Shown here: piece by piece, positions 17,095 to 25,129 of the stretch
How positions within the stretch are numbered: the stretch's first letter is position 1
Layout of the letters: each line of letters begins with the position of its first letter
NCBI GenBank assembly: GCA_000025185.1
Contig: CP001848.1
Location: forward strand, 4,110,001 to 4,142,000
Reading direction: 5' to 3'
Origin: Pirellula staleyi DSM 6068
GTDB lineage: Bacteria; Planctomycetota; Planctomycetia; Pirellulales; Pirellulaceae
DNA length: 32,000 nucleotides
The notes under the pieces: generated by a model
What the model saw: the letters and a program-made list of their open reading frames with translations, nothing else
The model's database searches: none
Told to the model about the DNA's origin: nothing
Program-made: the position numbers and the translations under genes

Positions 17095-18942
17095 ATGATC
17101 TTCTCGCTCACTGCACCGCTTGCCTTCATCGACCGCATTCAGCTGCAACTTCCCGAAGGTCTGGTGAACTGGCTCACGCCGGTTTGGATCCTCAGCCTCG
17201 GTGCCATCGCAGCGCTCGTGCTCGGCTCGGTGCTCTGGGCCATCGCCTATGGGCTTTCGCGCATTCCTGCCATTGGCGGATTGTCGTCGAACGTTCAAAG
17301 CAAGTGGACCGCTGTCGCCGTGCTGGGGCTGATCATCTTCGTGGCGATGTTTGGCATAAATGTCATGAGCGCCAGCGGACCCGAGATCGTCCCCGCAGCA
17401 GCGAACCGCAACGCCGATGAAGCTGCCGAAGAAAAAGAACAAGAGACCGCTCTCAGCAAGCAAATCACCGCCGCTTCGCGTTACAGCTTGCTGATCGCCA
17501 TCTCGCTGCTCACCGCCTTCACCATCGTCGTGCTGCTGGGCAAAAAGAGTGTCGACGAGACCCAAGCGGCGATTTACGAAGGAGCGCTCTGGCCGGTATT
17601 GATCACCACCATCGTCTTTGCGGTGTTCGGTGTGCTCGGCATTTTTGTGGTGCGTAAGCCTAGCGAACTGTTGTCGAGCCTCGCTCGCATCCCCGCCATG
17701 CGAACCGAAGGACAGGTGACACAAGAGTTCGTTTTGAAAGCTCCTGCCACGGCGATCGACGACCCAGTGATTGAGGAGAAGGCCGTTTCGTTCGATCGGG
17801 ATGAAATTCGTCAGCTGCGATTTGTCGCCGATCAGCGCGTGAAGATTTCGAGCATGCCGTTTGTCGATGGCAAAGGTTCGGGCCTTACGATCGACCTGAA
17901 AGCCAACGAACCTGCGGTTTGGCAGAAAGCTCCCGACGCTGGCAACCCGTTCAAAACCCCCAAGGTCGACAAGTTGTATGTGATGAACTACGGCACGAAA
18001 CCTGCCAACCTAAAGATGACGGCGATCAGCGATGTGAAGTTCCCCGAAGTTCGCGCCGTGCCGATCACAGCGATCGTGCTGGTGAGCATCTTCATCATCT
18101 ACCTGCTGCAGCGAGCTGCTCTTCCGAAACTTGCAGCCATTTCGCTCGCAACCGCGAAGTCGGAAATTGCTCAGCCGATCTACGTCATTCTGATGGGCCT
18201 CGGGATCTTTTTGATTCTCGTCTTTGTGGTGATTCCCTACTTCACCCTCGGCGACGATATCAAGATGCTCAAAGATACCGGCCTGAGTTTGATCCTTGTC
18301 CTCTGCATCATCCAATCGGTGTGGGCTGCTAGTTCTTCGGTCGCTGAAGAAATCGACGGTCGAACCGCTCTCACTGTGCTTAGCAAACCGGTCAGCCGCC
18401 GCGATTTCATCCTCGGTAAGTTTGTGGGAATTGGCTGGTCGACCTTCCTGCTGGCTTTCGCCCTCGGGATCGTCTTTTTGATCTCGGTCGCCTATAAGCC
18501 GATCTACGATGCCCGCGAAGGGGCCGAGTACGATCCGACCTGGCAGCGCTGCTATTTTGAAATGGTGCAAACCGTTCCCGGTCTCGCGCTCGCCTATCTC
18601 GAAACGCTGGTGATGGCCGCGCTCAGCGTGGCGATCTCGACCCGTCTGCCGATGCTGGCCAACTTCATCATCTGCTTTGCCATCTACGTCCTGGGGCATC
18701 TCACCCCGCTGATGGTGCAGTCGCAAGTGGTGGCCGAACAGCTGCCGCCGGTGGTCTTCTTCGGACGACTCATCGCAACCGTGTTGCCGGTGCTCGATCA
18801 CTTCAACATTCAGGCGAGCGTGGCGTCGGGTGTGAATGTGCCACTCGACTATCTAGGGTGGGCGCTGCTCTACGGCATGATCTACAGCACAGTGGCGATG
18901 CTGTTGGCCCTCACGCTGTTTGAAGATCGCGACTTGGCATAA
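17095..18942 (+). CDS. Large membrane protein: unique N-terminal TM/soluble region fused to a C-terminal ABC-2-type permease-like domain
   Basis: The product is 615 aa. The C-terminal ~290 aa have six hydrophobic segments. They also carry the ABC-2/NosY-type block SVAEEIDGRTALTVLSKPVSRRDFILGKFVG (compare E..GT.E.LLS.PVSR..i.LGK). The N-terminal ~330 aa contain 4-5 TM helices plus a ~130-aa hydrophilic domain (QEFVLKAPATAIDDPV...KLYVMNYGTKPANLKM). No ABC ATPase gene is adjacent. Confidence 0.7.
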   Translation: MIFSLTAPLAFIDRIQLQLPEGLVNWLTPVWILSLGAIAALVLGSVLWAIAYGLSRIPAIGGLSSNVQSKWTAVAVLGLIIFVAMFGINVMSASGPEIVPAAANRNADEAAEEKEQETALSKQITAASRYSLLIAISLLTAFTIVVLLGKKSVDETQAAIYEGALWPVLITTIVFAVFGVLGIFVVRKPSELLSSLARIPAMRTEGQVTQEFVLKAPATAIDDPVIEEKAVSFDRDEIRQLRFVADQRVKISSMPFVDGKGSGLTIDLKANEPAVWQKAPDAGNPFKTPKVDKLYVMNYGTKPANLKMTAISDVKFPEVRAVPITAIVLVSIFIIYLLQRAALPKLAAISLATAKSEIAQPIYVILMGLGIFLILVFVVIPYFTLGDDIKMLKDTGLSLILVLCIIQSVWAASSSVAEEIDGRTALTVLSKPVSRRDFILGKFVGIGWSTFLLAFALGIVFLISVAYKPIYDAREGAEYDPTWQRCYFEMVQTVPGLALAYLETLVMAALSVAISTRLPMLANFIICFAIYVLGHLTPLMVQSQVVAEQLPPVVFFGRLIATVLPVLDHFNIQASVASGVNVPLDYLGWALLYGMIYSTVAMLLALTLFEDRDLA

Positions 18943-18982
18943 CGAGTCGGCAATCAAATCGAAGCGATCACTGGGTCGAGCC

Positions 18983-21900
18983 TTAAGAACTCGACCGCGC
19001 GACCAGTGCGTTTTCGGTCGTCGGTTCGGCCTGTTCCGTTTCGCGCTGCTGAACTTCGCGGAGGTACTCATCCACCACGCGCAAGTTCAAAATGCCGAGC
19101 GAAATCAGCCCCAGGAAAAAGTTGATCGGGTCGCAGCTGAGGAGCAGCAGCATCTGAAAATAGGCGATCCTGCGGCACTGTAAAACCGATCGCGACGCCG
19201 CATTCACGATTCCCCACATGCCGATGATCAGCGAGCCATAGAACATCGGGTAAATGAAGGTCCCGAGGCTCATTGTCATCGTGACGAACATTCCCACCGA
19301 CAAGATTCCGCCGACCATTTGCAGAATCCAAACCTGCACGAGTCCCAGCGGAAATTTTAGCTTGGTCTCAGTTGCAGCATCGCGCGGGGGCGAACTTGCG
19401 GTGACTTGCGGCGCCGAAGTCGAGCAGCTCTCGTCGCGATGGTGACTCGCTGCAGGAAGTTCGTCTGGCACTGACTCTACCGGGGTAGCATCCGCATCTT
19501 TCGCAACGGTATCGACGATCAAAGCGGCGGAAATCACGTGCGCTTTACAGGTGGTTTCCCACCACGCTTTCCACGCTGCTGTGTCGTCCCCCAGTTTCTC
19601 GCCGGAGACAAACGCAAGCGCCTCGAGCACTTCCTCGCGAAACGAGAGACGGCGATCTTCGAGCAGTTCGACGAGCACGCCACCCACTTCCCAATAGGGC
19701 TGGATTCCCAAGTGCCGTACGATGTCGATTTTCACATCGGCCGGGGTCCGCCGATCGCGAATCTGCGGATAAATTCGCGCCAACAGATGCTGGTGGCTGG
19801 CAGGGGCTGCAAACGTCGGGTTCGGTGGAGCGGTGCGCTCTAGCCACGCTCGCCACTCGTGAAGAAGTGCCTCGGTAGTAGTCCCGAGCGCTGTGGCTAG
19901 ATCCTGAAGTGAATCATGGGGCGACTTCAGCTCGGCGAGCTTCAGCAAATGTTGCCAGCGTGCTGCTGTCGGGTCGTTGGCCAGCATAGCTTGCGTGAAG
20001 GTGATGACGAAGCTGCTGAAGATCTGAACGTTCCAAAAATTGTCGCGCTGGTCGTACGCCAAAACCGAGCGAGTCAATTCATCGATGCTCATTTGAGAAG
20101 CGACCAGATAAACGTCCTCCCCACGGAGTTCGAGAAGTCGCTGCATTCGTCGGGCTGCGTGGTCGAGCATCCCTTCGATCAGCGGCTTTTGAAAGACCGA
20201 ACTAATCCCGACGGTGAGCCACGGGGCCGAGCGATCGAGTCCTTCCTGACTCACCAGTAGCGCGCTAAAACCCGAAACTAGATGGGGAGTCGTTTCGCTG
20301 AGATGCCGCTGTGTAAGTTCGTCGCAAACAAACGTAAAGGAGTGATTCGGCGGCTTGCTGACGAGCACCTGGTATGTCAGGTTGCGGGCAAAGATCGTGG
20401 AGTACTGCTGTTGCCGTGGTATCACGCCGAGCAGCCACGGTTTTTGGATCGTAATCGGGCGGCCCAAGAGCATGCTGACCCTTTGCGTAAGCGCAGTCAG
20501 CAGCGGTGGCAATGTGTTGCGGCGATCGGTGGGTTGTGTTTCCCACAGGGTTACGCTCGGGAGCAGCGGAGTCGACACTCCTTTGGTTTTGGTGGACTGT
20601 TGCAGCAGTTTTTCGAAGTCCCAGTGAGGGCCATAAATACGTCGATTCACCCAGCGAACCGCTTGCACAAACAGGTACAAATATGCGGGCGCGAGACCCC
20701 CGATGAGATACCAGTGACGCTCCGCAGTTGAGGGATTCATGAAATAGAGCACGATCGCCCCGCCGATCCAGGCGACGCAGATCCAGCGATAGTGCTGCAG
20801 GATCTTCACCAGCAGTCCGACATAGAAAACACGGTAGGGACTAACCCCGGCCCCAGGGAGTTGCTCGCTACTTTTTTTAGCTGCTGGGGTCGTTCGCTGC
20901 ACAATGCCCCAGGCCACACTCCAGGCGACAATCGCCCCCCAGTAAATCGCAATTAGCAGCAGCCGCTGCCGCGAACCAATCTGGAGCGGCTGCTGAAACT
21001 CTGCATCCTTCCAAATCGTGAGCCCCGTGGGAAAGTCGAGCGAAGCGACTACGTTTCCGTCGGCGGAAATCGCAAGTTGATCTTGGAAAAAGTAAGTCAG
21101 CGCCAAAGGATCGAAGCGACGTTTCGACACTTTCAGTGGGATGCGCCGACTCGGCTGAGCGGCCGTTTCCGAATCGAACTGCCACAGTTCAAGGGCATCG
21201 CTGGTTTTCACCGCCAGCTTTGTTCCATCGCTGTTAGCAGCCAGGCAGATCAACTCTTCAGCGGCTGGCAGCTCTTGCGTGGTGAAGGTTCCTGGGCTAG
21301 ATGCTGGCTGCTGAAGCAGGGTGCGAAAGAGTTGATCTTCGCGTTGCCGAACCGAATGAAAGATCTGGCCGTTATCAGTGATCGCAGGTGGGCAGAATCC
21401 GCTCTGCGATAGCGATTGCTTCTGACGCTTCGAGAGATCGCTGATGTCGTAGGTGGATTGCTCTCCCACGAAATTCATAACCGTCACGTAGCGACCACTC
21501 TGCGAGATATGTAGCGACTCGATCATCGAAGGTTCCGACCATTTGTCGATCAGTGTTTGGTCTTCGAGGTTGTAGAGCTTGACCTCGGAATGATTGGTGG
21601 CGATGGTCGCCAAGATGCCGGCATCGCGAGCGAAAGAGAGTGTGTGAATCGAGTCGCTGCTGCGGAGCACGACGCGGCGATTGCCGGTGCGGAAGTTCCA
21701 GGCGACAATTTCGACCGGTCCAAGTGAGCTTAAGGGAGATACGTTGTTGGGCGCGAGGTCGATCAGCAACGCTTCGGTATCGCTTAATAGCGCCAGTGAT
21801 TGGTTTCCAAAATAGCCGGGAAAGCTGGCTTTGGTCGATGTGCTGCCAATCAACTGCGGCCGCGCGCCGGTGAGTGACCAGGCCTCGATCGACCGGTCTT

Positions 21901-22054
21901 GATAGCCGACGAGAAGGACTTGGCCATCGGGTGAAAGCTGAATCGATTGCAGGGCGTCGGCATGCCTGAGTCGCTGACTCGAGGTGAAGACCCCGAAGGC
22001 AATGGCGACGAGTGAGCCGAGAAGCAGTAGTTGCAGAAGGCTGAAGCGCGGCAT
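18983..22054 (-). CDS. Very large polytopic membrane protein: N-terminal anchor, WD40-like beta-propeller, TM cluster, helical/HEAT-like domain, C-terminal TM cluster
   Basis: The start is placed at ATG 22054 (MPRFSLLQLLLLGSLVAIAFGVF anchor); the track start is 22135. Repeated WD40-like blades are present: LSPDGQVLLVGYQDRSIEAWSL, FARDAGILATIATNHSEVKLYNL, ISQSGRYVTVMNF, ANSDGTKLAVKTSDALELWQF, ISADGNVVASLDFPTGLTIWKD. Then come TM helices (LLLIAIYWGAIVAWSVAWGIV; ICVAWIGGAIVLYF; YLIGGLAPAYLYLFV). A ~400-aa soluble region ends in a HEAT-like segment (VLVELLEDRRLSFREEVLEALAFVSGEKLGDDTAAWKAWWE). A C-terminal 3-4 TM bundle follows. I recognise no family. Confidence 0.7.
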   Translation of the reverse strand: MPRFSLLQLLLLGSLVAIAFGVFTSSQRLRHADALQSIQLSPDGQVLLVGYQDRSIEAWSLTGARPQLIGSTSTKASFPGYFGNQSLALLSDTEALLIDLAPNNVSPLSSLGPVEIVAWNFRTGNRRVVLRSSDSIHTLSFARDAGILATIATNHSEVKLYNLEDQTLIDKWSEPSMIESLHISQSGRYVTVMNFVGEQSTYDISDLSKRQKQSLSQSGFCPPAITDNGQIFHSVRQREDQLFRTLLQQPASSPGTFTTQELPAAEELICLAANSDGTKLAVKTSDALELWQFDSETAAQPSRRIPLKVSKRRFDPLALTYFFQDQLAISADGNVVASLDFPTGLTIWKDAEFQQPLQIGSRQRLLLIAIYWGAIVAWSVAWGIVQRTTPAAKKSSEQLPGAGVSPYRVFYVGLLVKILQHYRWICVAWIGGAIVLYFMNPSTAERHWYLIGGLAPAYLYLFVQAVRWVNRRIYGPHWDFEKLLQQSTKTKGVSTPLLPSVTLWETQPTDRRNTLPPLLTALTQRVSMLLGRPITIQKPWLLGVIPRQQQYSTIFARNLTYQVLVSKPPNHSFTFVCDELTQRHLSETTPHLVSGFSALLVSQEGLDRSAPWLTVGISSVFQKPLIEGMLDHAARRMQRLLELRGEDVYLVASQMSIDELTRSVLAYDQRDNFWNVQIFSSFVITFTQAMLANDPTAARWQHLLKLAELKSPHDSLQDLATALGTTTEALLHEWRAWLERTAPPNPTFAAPASHQHLLARIYPQIRDRRTPADVKIDIVRHLGIQPYWEVGGVLVELLEDRRLSFREEVLEALAFVSGEKLGDDTAAWKAWWETTCKAHVISAALIVDTVAKDADATPVESVPDELPAASHHRDESCSTSAPQVTASSPPRDAATETKLKFPLGLVQVWILQMVGGILSVGMFVTMTMSLGTFIYPMFYGSLIIGMWGIVNAASRSVLQCRRIAYFQMLLLLSCDPINFFLGLISLGILNLRVVDEYLREVQQRETEQAEPTTENALVARSSS

Positions 22055-22251
22055 CGTGAGGAGTGCTTTCCGTGCGAGCTGTGAGATCAGCGTGAAGTGC
22101 AGGCTGCACTGGCTCCGAGGTGACGATGGGCGCAACTGCCCAGATAGGTGGTTTTATAGATCGCTCGACCTAGCGCGCCAATCATCGAGCGACGAAGCAA
22201 GGGAGCGAGAAGCCCCATGAAGATAGCGCGGGAAAGAAGCTGCGCTGCGAG

Positions 22252-23733
22252 CTATTTGTCTTGGAGCGCTTTGAGTTGCTCTTCGAGTTCGCGCAGACGC
22301 TCGAGCGTTTCTGCTTGTTCGCGCCGACCAGTTTGCAACTGCTGCTGCTGATACTCGATGACCAGCCGATAGCGATCGAGCGCTTTCTCGAGCATCGCAA
22401 TTTTTTGCTGCGGGGATGCGAGCGCAGGGTCGGCTGGTTCCTCGGGAATGGCCGGAGCAACCACCTCGGCGGCTGGCCGATCGGGACGCTTGGAAACCAC
22501 TTGCCCAGCGATATTCTTCTCGAGTTGCAGACGCGGTTCGAGCAACTGAGTGAGCAACTCTTGTGGCAGCGTACCAATTTCCACACCACCCCCTAGCACC
22601 ACTTCGAAGGTGTGCTGCATCGAGGCGGCAACCGCTTCTGTCGCGGGGGCTGCGTCTGGTAGAGCTGTGTTCGAAGGTGTTGCCGGTTTCTCGGTGGCCG
22701 ATGCAGGCTGCTCGGATGCGACTACTTTTTGCGTGCGCTCGATCCGAAACTTCATCACGTCCCCAGGCTGTTTATAGAGCGAAGGGAACACCGCTTGATA
22801 AACGCTTCTGATCGCTACCCCATCGACTTCGAGAATTCGGTCACCTACGGCGAGTCCCGCTTTTTCAGCAGGTCCGCCTGAAACGATTCGCTGCACGGTC
22901 ACTGCTTCGCCATCACCGGTCAGTTCCATGCCGACAAGGGGGCGACGGCGTTTCAGCACCACGACTTTAGTTTTGTCGCTCGCTTCGCTTGCTGCGCGCA
23001 GCATGCGGGCGACATGCGAGGCGGGGACTGCGTAGGTCCAGCCACCACGGGTATCGGCGGTATCGATCGCGATCACAATGCCGAGCAACTTCCCTTGCGT
23101 GCATGTGATCGGCGCGCCGCTGGAAGTGTCGGTGGTTCGAATGTCGCACTGCAGCAGTGGGGGTGTCGACTTGGCGCGAACGGTTCGTCCCACGCCACCG
23201 ATGATGCCTCGCGCGAGAACCGGTGCTTCGATCCCCCAAGCAGCAGCGGTGTAGATTTCGTCTCCTGCGACCGGATTGCCATCTCCGAGTTCGAGCGCCG
23301 GGGCGCTTAGTTTGGTGGCTTCGAGCAGAAGTAGCCCCGAGAACTCGTCGACCACGCGGACCGAGGCTTCGGCTTGGCTGCCACCGGGAGAAGTGAGTCG
23401 AATCTTGGAATCGGTGCCGACCTGTGCCGACGTGATGACCATTTTTTCAGCGACGCAAACACCGGTGCAAACTTCGACCGCTGTGTCGGACTTCGAGGTG
23501 GCGGGAGAAGCGATGCGAATCGTTACAGTCGACTTGCTGAGGCACTCGGCAGCCGACATCCGCGATTTCTTTTCCACTGCCGAGGTATCAGCCGCTGGTT
23601 CGTCGGCGCGACATTCGAGCGCGATACCGAGCGCAAGTAGCGCACCCAGCATCGCGGTGGCGATGTGCAAAGCAAAGCGTGCTACGGCGCTCGAGTTCAT
23701 GAGGGTGCCTGCGATCGCTTGGAGAGGAAGCAA
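22252..23733 (-). CDS. Exported trypsin-fold (HtrA/DegS-like) + PDZ protein with C-terminal coiled coil; catalytic His and Asp apparently substituted
   Basis: There is an N-terminal signal/anchor (ARFALHIATAMLGALLALGIALEC). The trypsin-like core aligns by eye to HtrA blocks. GSG..TNxHV appears as CTGVCVAEKMVITSAQV (Gln104, codon 23422-23424). D.AlL appears as FSGLLLLE (Gly133). GNSGGP appears as TDTSSGAPI (Ser204 retained). The PDZ reads IVSGGPAEKAGLAVGDRILEVDGVAI. A C-terminal heptad-rich segment is present (KIAMLEKALDRYRLVIEYQQQQL...LRELEEQLKALQDK). Confidence 0.75.
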   Translation of the reverse strand: MLPLQAIAGTLMNSSAVARFALHIATAMLGALLALGIALECRADEPAADTSAVEKKSRMSAAECLSKSTVTIRIASPATSKSDTAVEVCTGVCVAEKMVITSAQVGTDSKIRLTSPGGSQAEASVRVVDEFSGLLLLEATKLSAPALELGDGNPVAGDEIYTAAAWGIEAPVLARGIIGGVGRTVRAKSTPPLLQCDIRTTDTSSGAPITCTQGKLLGIVIAIDTADTRGGWTYAVPASHVARMLRAASEASDKTKVVVLKRRRPLVGMELTGDGEAVTVQRIVSGGPAEKAGLAVGDRILEVDGVAIRSVYQAVFPSLYKQPGDVMKFRIERTQKVVASEQPASATEKPATPSNTALPDAAPATEAVAASMQHTFEVVLGGGVEIGTLPQELLTQLLEPRLQLEKNIAGQVVSKRPDRPAAEVVAPAIPEEPADPALASPQQKIAMLEKALDRYRLVIEYQQQQLQTGRREQAETLERLRELEEQLKALQDK

Positions 23734-23822
23734 TGCGCGAGTGGGTGCCTAATCAATCGTTGGGGTATCGGATGGCTTGCAACCAGCGGGATTAACTTGC
23801 GGATGAATCAAAGTTCGATGGA

Positions 23823-24557
23823 TTAAAAGGAAATGCTGGCGACTTCACCCGAATCGTCGGCTAGGTCGAGCCACGCTTCGAGTTCCGGAGTCGACAGTTC
23901 CCACCAAGGTTCCAGTGGAAGTTGGTGAGGATTGTTTTGCGGGAGGGCCAACAGGTTCGAAACCTCTTGCTCGTTCAACGTGCGGTTTTTCGGAAGCTCA
24001 TCACCACGCTGATGAGGCTGTTTGTCGGCGACAGCCAGGTCGGTCGAGTTCACCGTGCTGTTAGTTGAAGTCGAAGGCTCGACGGCGGCGCTGTCGAGCG
24101 GGTTGCGCGGGGACTGCAGCGACTGAAGTGCGAGCCCCAGGAGCAGCAGAGCGGTGGTGCCCACGACAAAAGCGGCGAGCGACTGTCGATAGACCGATTG
24201 CTTGGGAGATGCCTGTTTGGCTGCGGGACGAAGATCGACAGCAGGTTCTGCTGTGGCAGGCATTGCACCGAGGGCTGCGATGAGCGCGGGCTCCGCAGGG
24301 GCATAGCAGGCCTGCAGATGCCGAGCATCGTCGAAAAGCTGTTCCGCAAGCGCTGTTAGTTCGGGGGGAAGCTCGAGCTGCGATTCATCTTCCGCAGCAA
24401 AGCTCGAGCTCGAGCCTTCGAGCGCATCGTCCGCGGGGAGTTCGTGCGCAGCAAGCTCGCTCTCCCCAGCTGGGTCGAACAACTTGGGGTGGAACTGACT
24501 TGCACTGCTCGGCGATGGGTGGCCTGGATCGACCGGTTTGTCGGAGTTACATGGCAT
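23823..24557 (-). CDS. Single-pass membrane protein start/stop-overlapped with the ECF sigma gene (putative non-canonical anti-sigma factor)
   Basis: ATG 24557-24555 (MPCNSDKPV...) overlaps the sigma gene stop (TAA 24549-24547) by 11 nt. The N-terminal ~130 aa are acidic. There is one TM helix (LAAFVVGTTALLLLGLALQ). The C-terminal tail is ~95 aa and ends EPWWELSTPELEAWLDL. The anti-sigma call rests on position only, because no HxxxCxxC or other recognisable anti-sigma domain motif is visible. Confidence 0.5.
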   Translation of the reverse strand: MPCNSDKPVDPGHPSPSSASQFHPKLFDPAGESELAAHELPADDALEGSSSSFAAEDESQLELPPELTALAEQLFDDARHLQACYAPAEPALIAALGAMPATAEPAVDLRPAAKQASPKQSVYRQSLAAFVVGTTALLLLGLALQSLQSPRNPLDSAAVEPSTSTNSTVNSTDLAVADKQPHQRGDELPKNRTLNEQEVSNLLALPQNNPHQLPLEPWWELSTPELEAWLDLADDSGEVASISF

Positions 24558-25104
24558 GGCTGATATCCTCCTGCGGGAAGGCAGGAATGGTGGCCGAGTG
24601 ATCGGCGTCGGTCTCGAGCAAACGCTTAAGCGCTGCGAGTCCATGAAAAATGCGTGATTTGACGGTCCCGAGCGGGCAGCTCAGCACGACTGCGATCTCT
24701 TCGTAGCGTAGCCCTTCGCTAAACCGCAGGACGAGCGCTTGCCGCTGGCCATCAGGAAGCAGAGCCACGCGGGCCCACAGGCTGTTCTTCCATTCCGCCA
24801 CTTCGACGGCGGCAGTGGCGGGGGGGCTGGTCTTCTCAACCGAAGGCTCTTGATCCCACAGGACTTGCAGCTTGCGACGGCGAACACCCGAGCGGCGACG
24901 TTCGCGGCGATCGAGATTCAGGAGAATCCCGTAGAGCCAGGTATAGAGGCTGCTACGACCTTCGAATTCATTCCCCTGGCGGGCCAAGATCAGAAAGGTC
25001 TCTTGGGCCAAATCGTCGGCATCCCACGGATTGCCCGACAGAACCATCGCGGCACGGTGAATTCGCGAGAAGTGATCGCGAATCGCTTGTGTTACATCAA
25101 CCAT
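24547..25104 (-). CDS. ECF (group 4, sigma-70 family) RNA polymerase sigma factor
   Basis: The product is 185 aa. Region 2 reads DADDLAQETFLILARQGNEFEGRSSLYTWLYGILLN. Region 4 HTH reads LPDGQRQALVLRFSEGLRYEEIAVVLSCPLGTVKSRIFHGLAALKRLL. There is no region 1 or 3. Confidence 0.9.
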   Translation of the reverse strand: MVDVTQAIRDHFSRIHRAAMVLSGNPWDADDLAQETFLILARQGNEFEGRSSLYTWLYGILLNLDRRERRRSGVRRRKLQVLWDQEPSVEKTSPPATAAVEVAEWKNSLWARVALLPDGQRQALVLRFSEGLRYEEIAVVLSCPLGTVKSRIFHGLAALKRLLETDADHSATIPAFPQEDISHAM

Positions 25105-25129
25105 GGCGTCATCCGTGCTGATCTGGCGG

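Noticed and set aside
17080-18801. Minus-strand ORFs 17080..17724 (214 aa) and 18010..18801 (263 aa)
   Set aside because: They are antisense to the 615-aa membrane protein. Their translations are Asp/Glu/His/Arg-rich, which is the mirror of a hydrophobic coding strand, and carry no motifs.
18974-18996. 7-bp hairpin GGTCGAG/CTCGACC between the convergent genes at 18942/18983 as a bidirectional terminator
   Set aside because: The stem is short and overlaps the stop codon and last codons of the minus-strand gene. There is no U-tract on either strand.
21375-22109. 244-aa minus-strand ORF in an alternative frame inside the giant WD40-like gene
   Set aside because: It is on the same strand but out of frame with a 1000+-aa ORF that shows repeated WD40-like blades across this interval. 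Its translation is Arg/Ser/Pro-rich junk.
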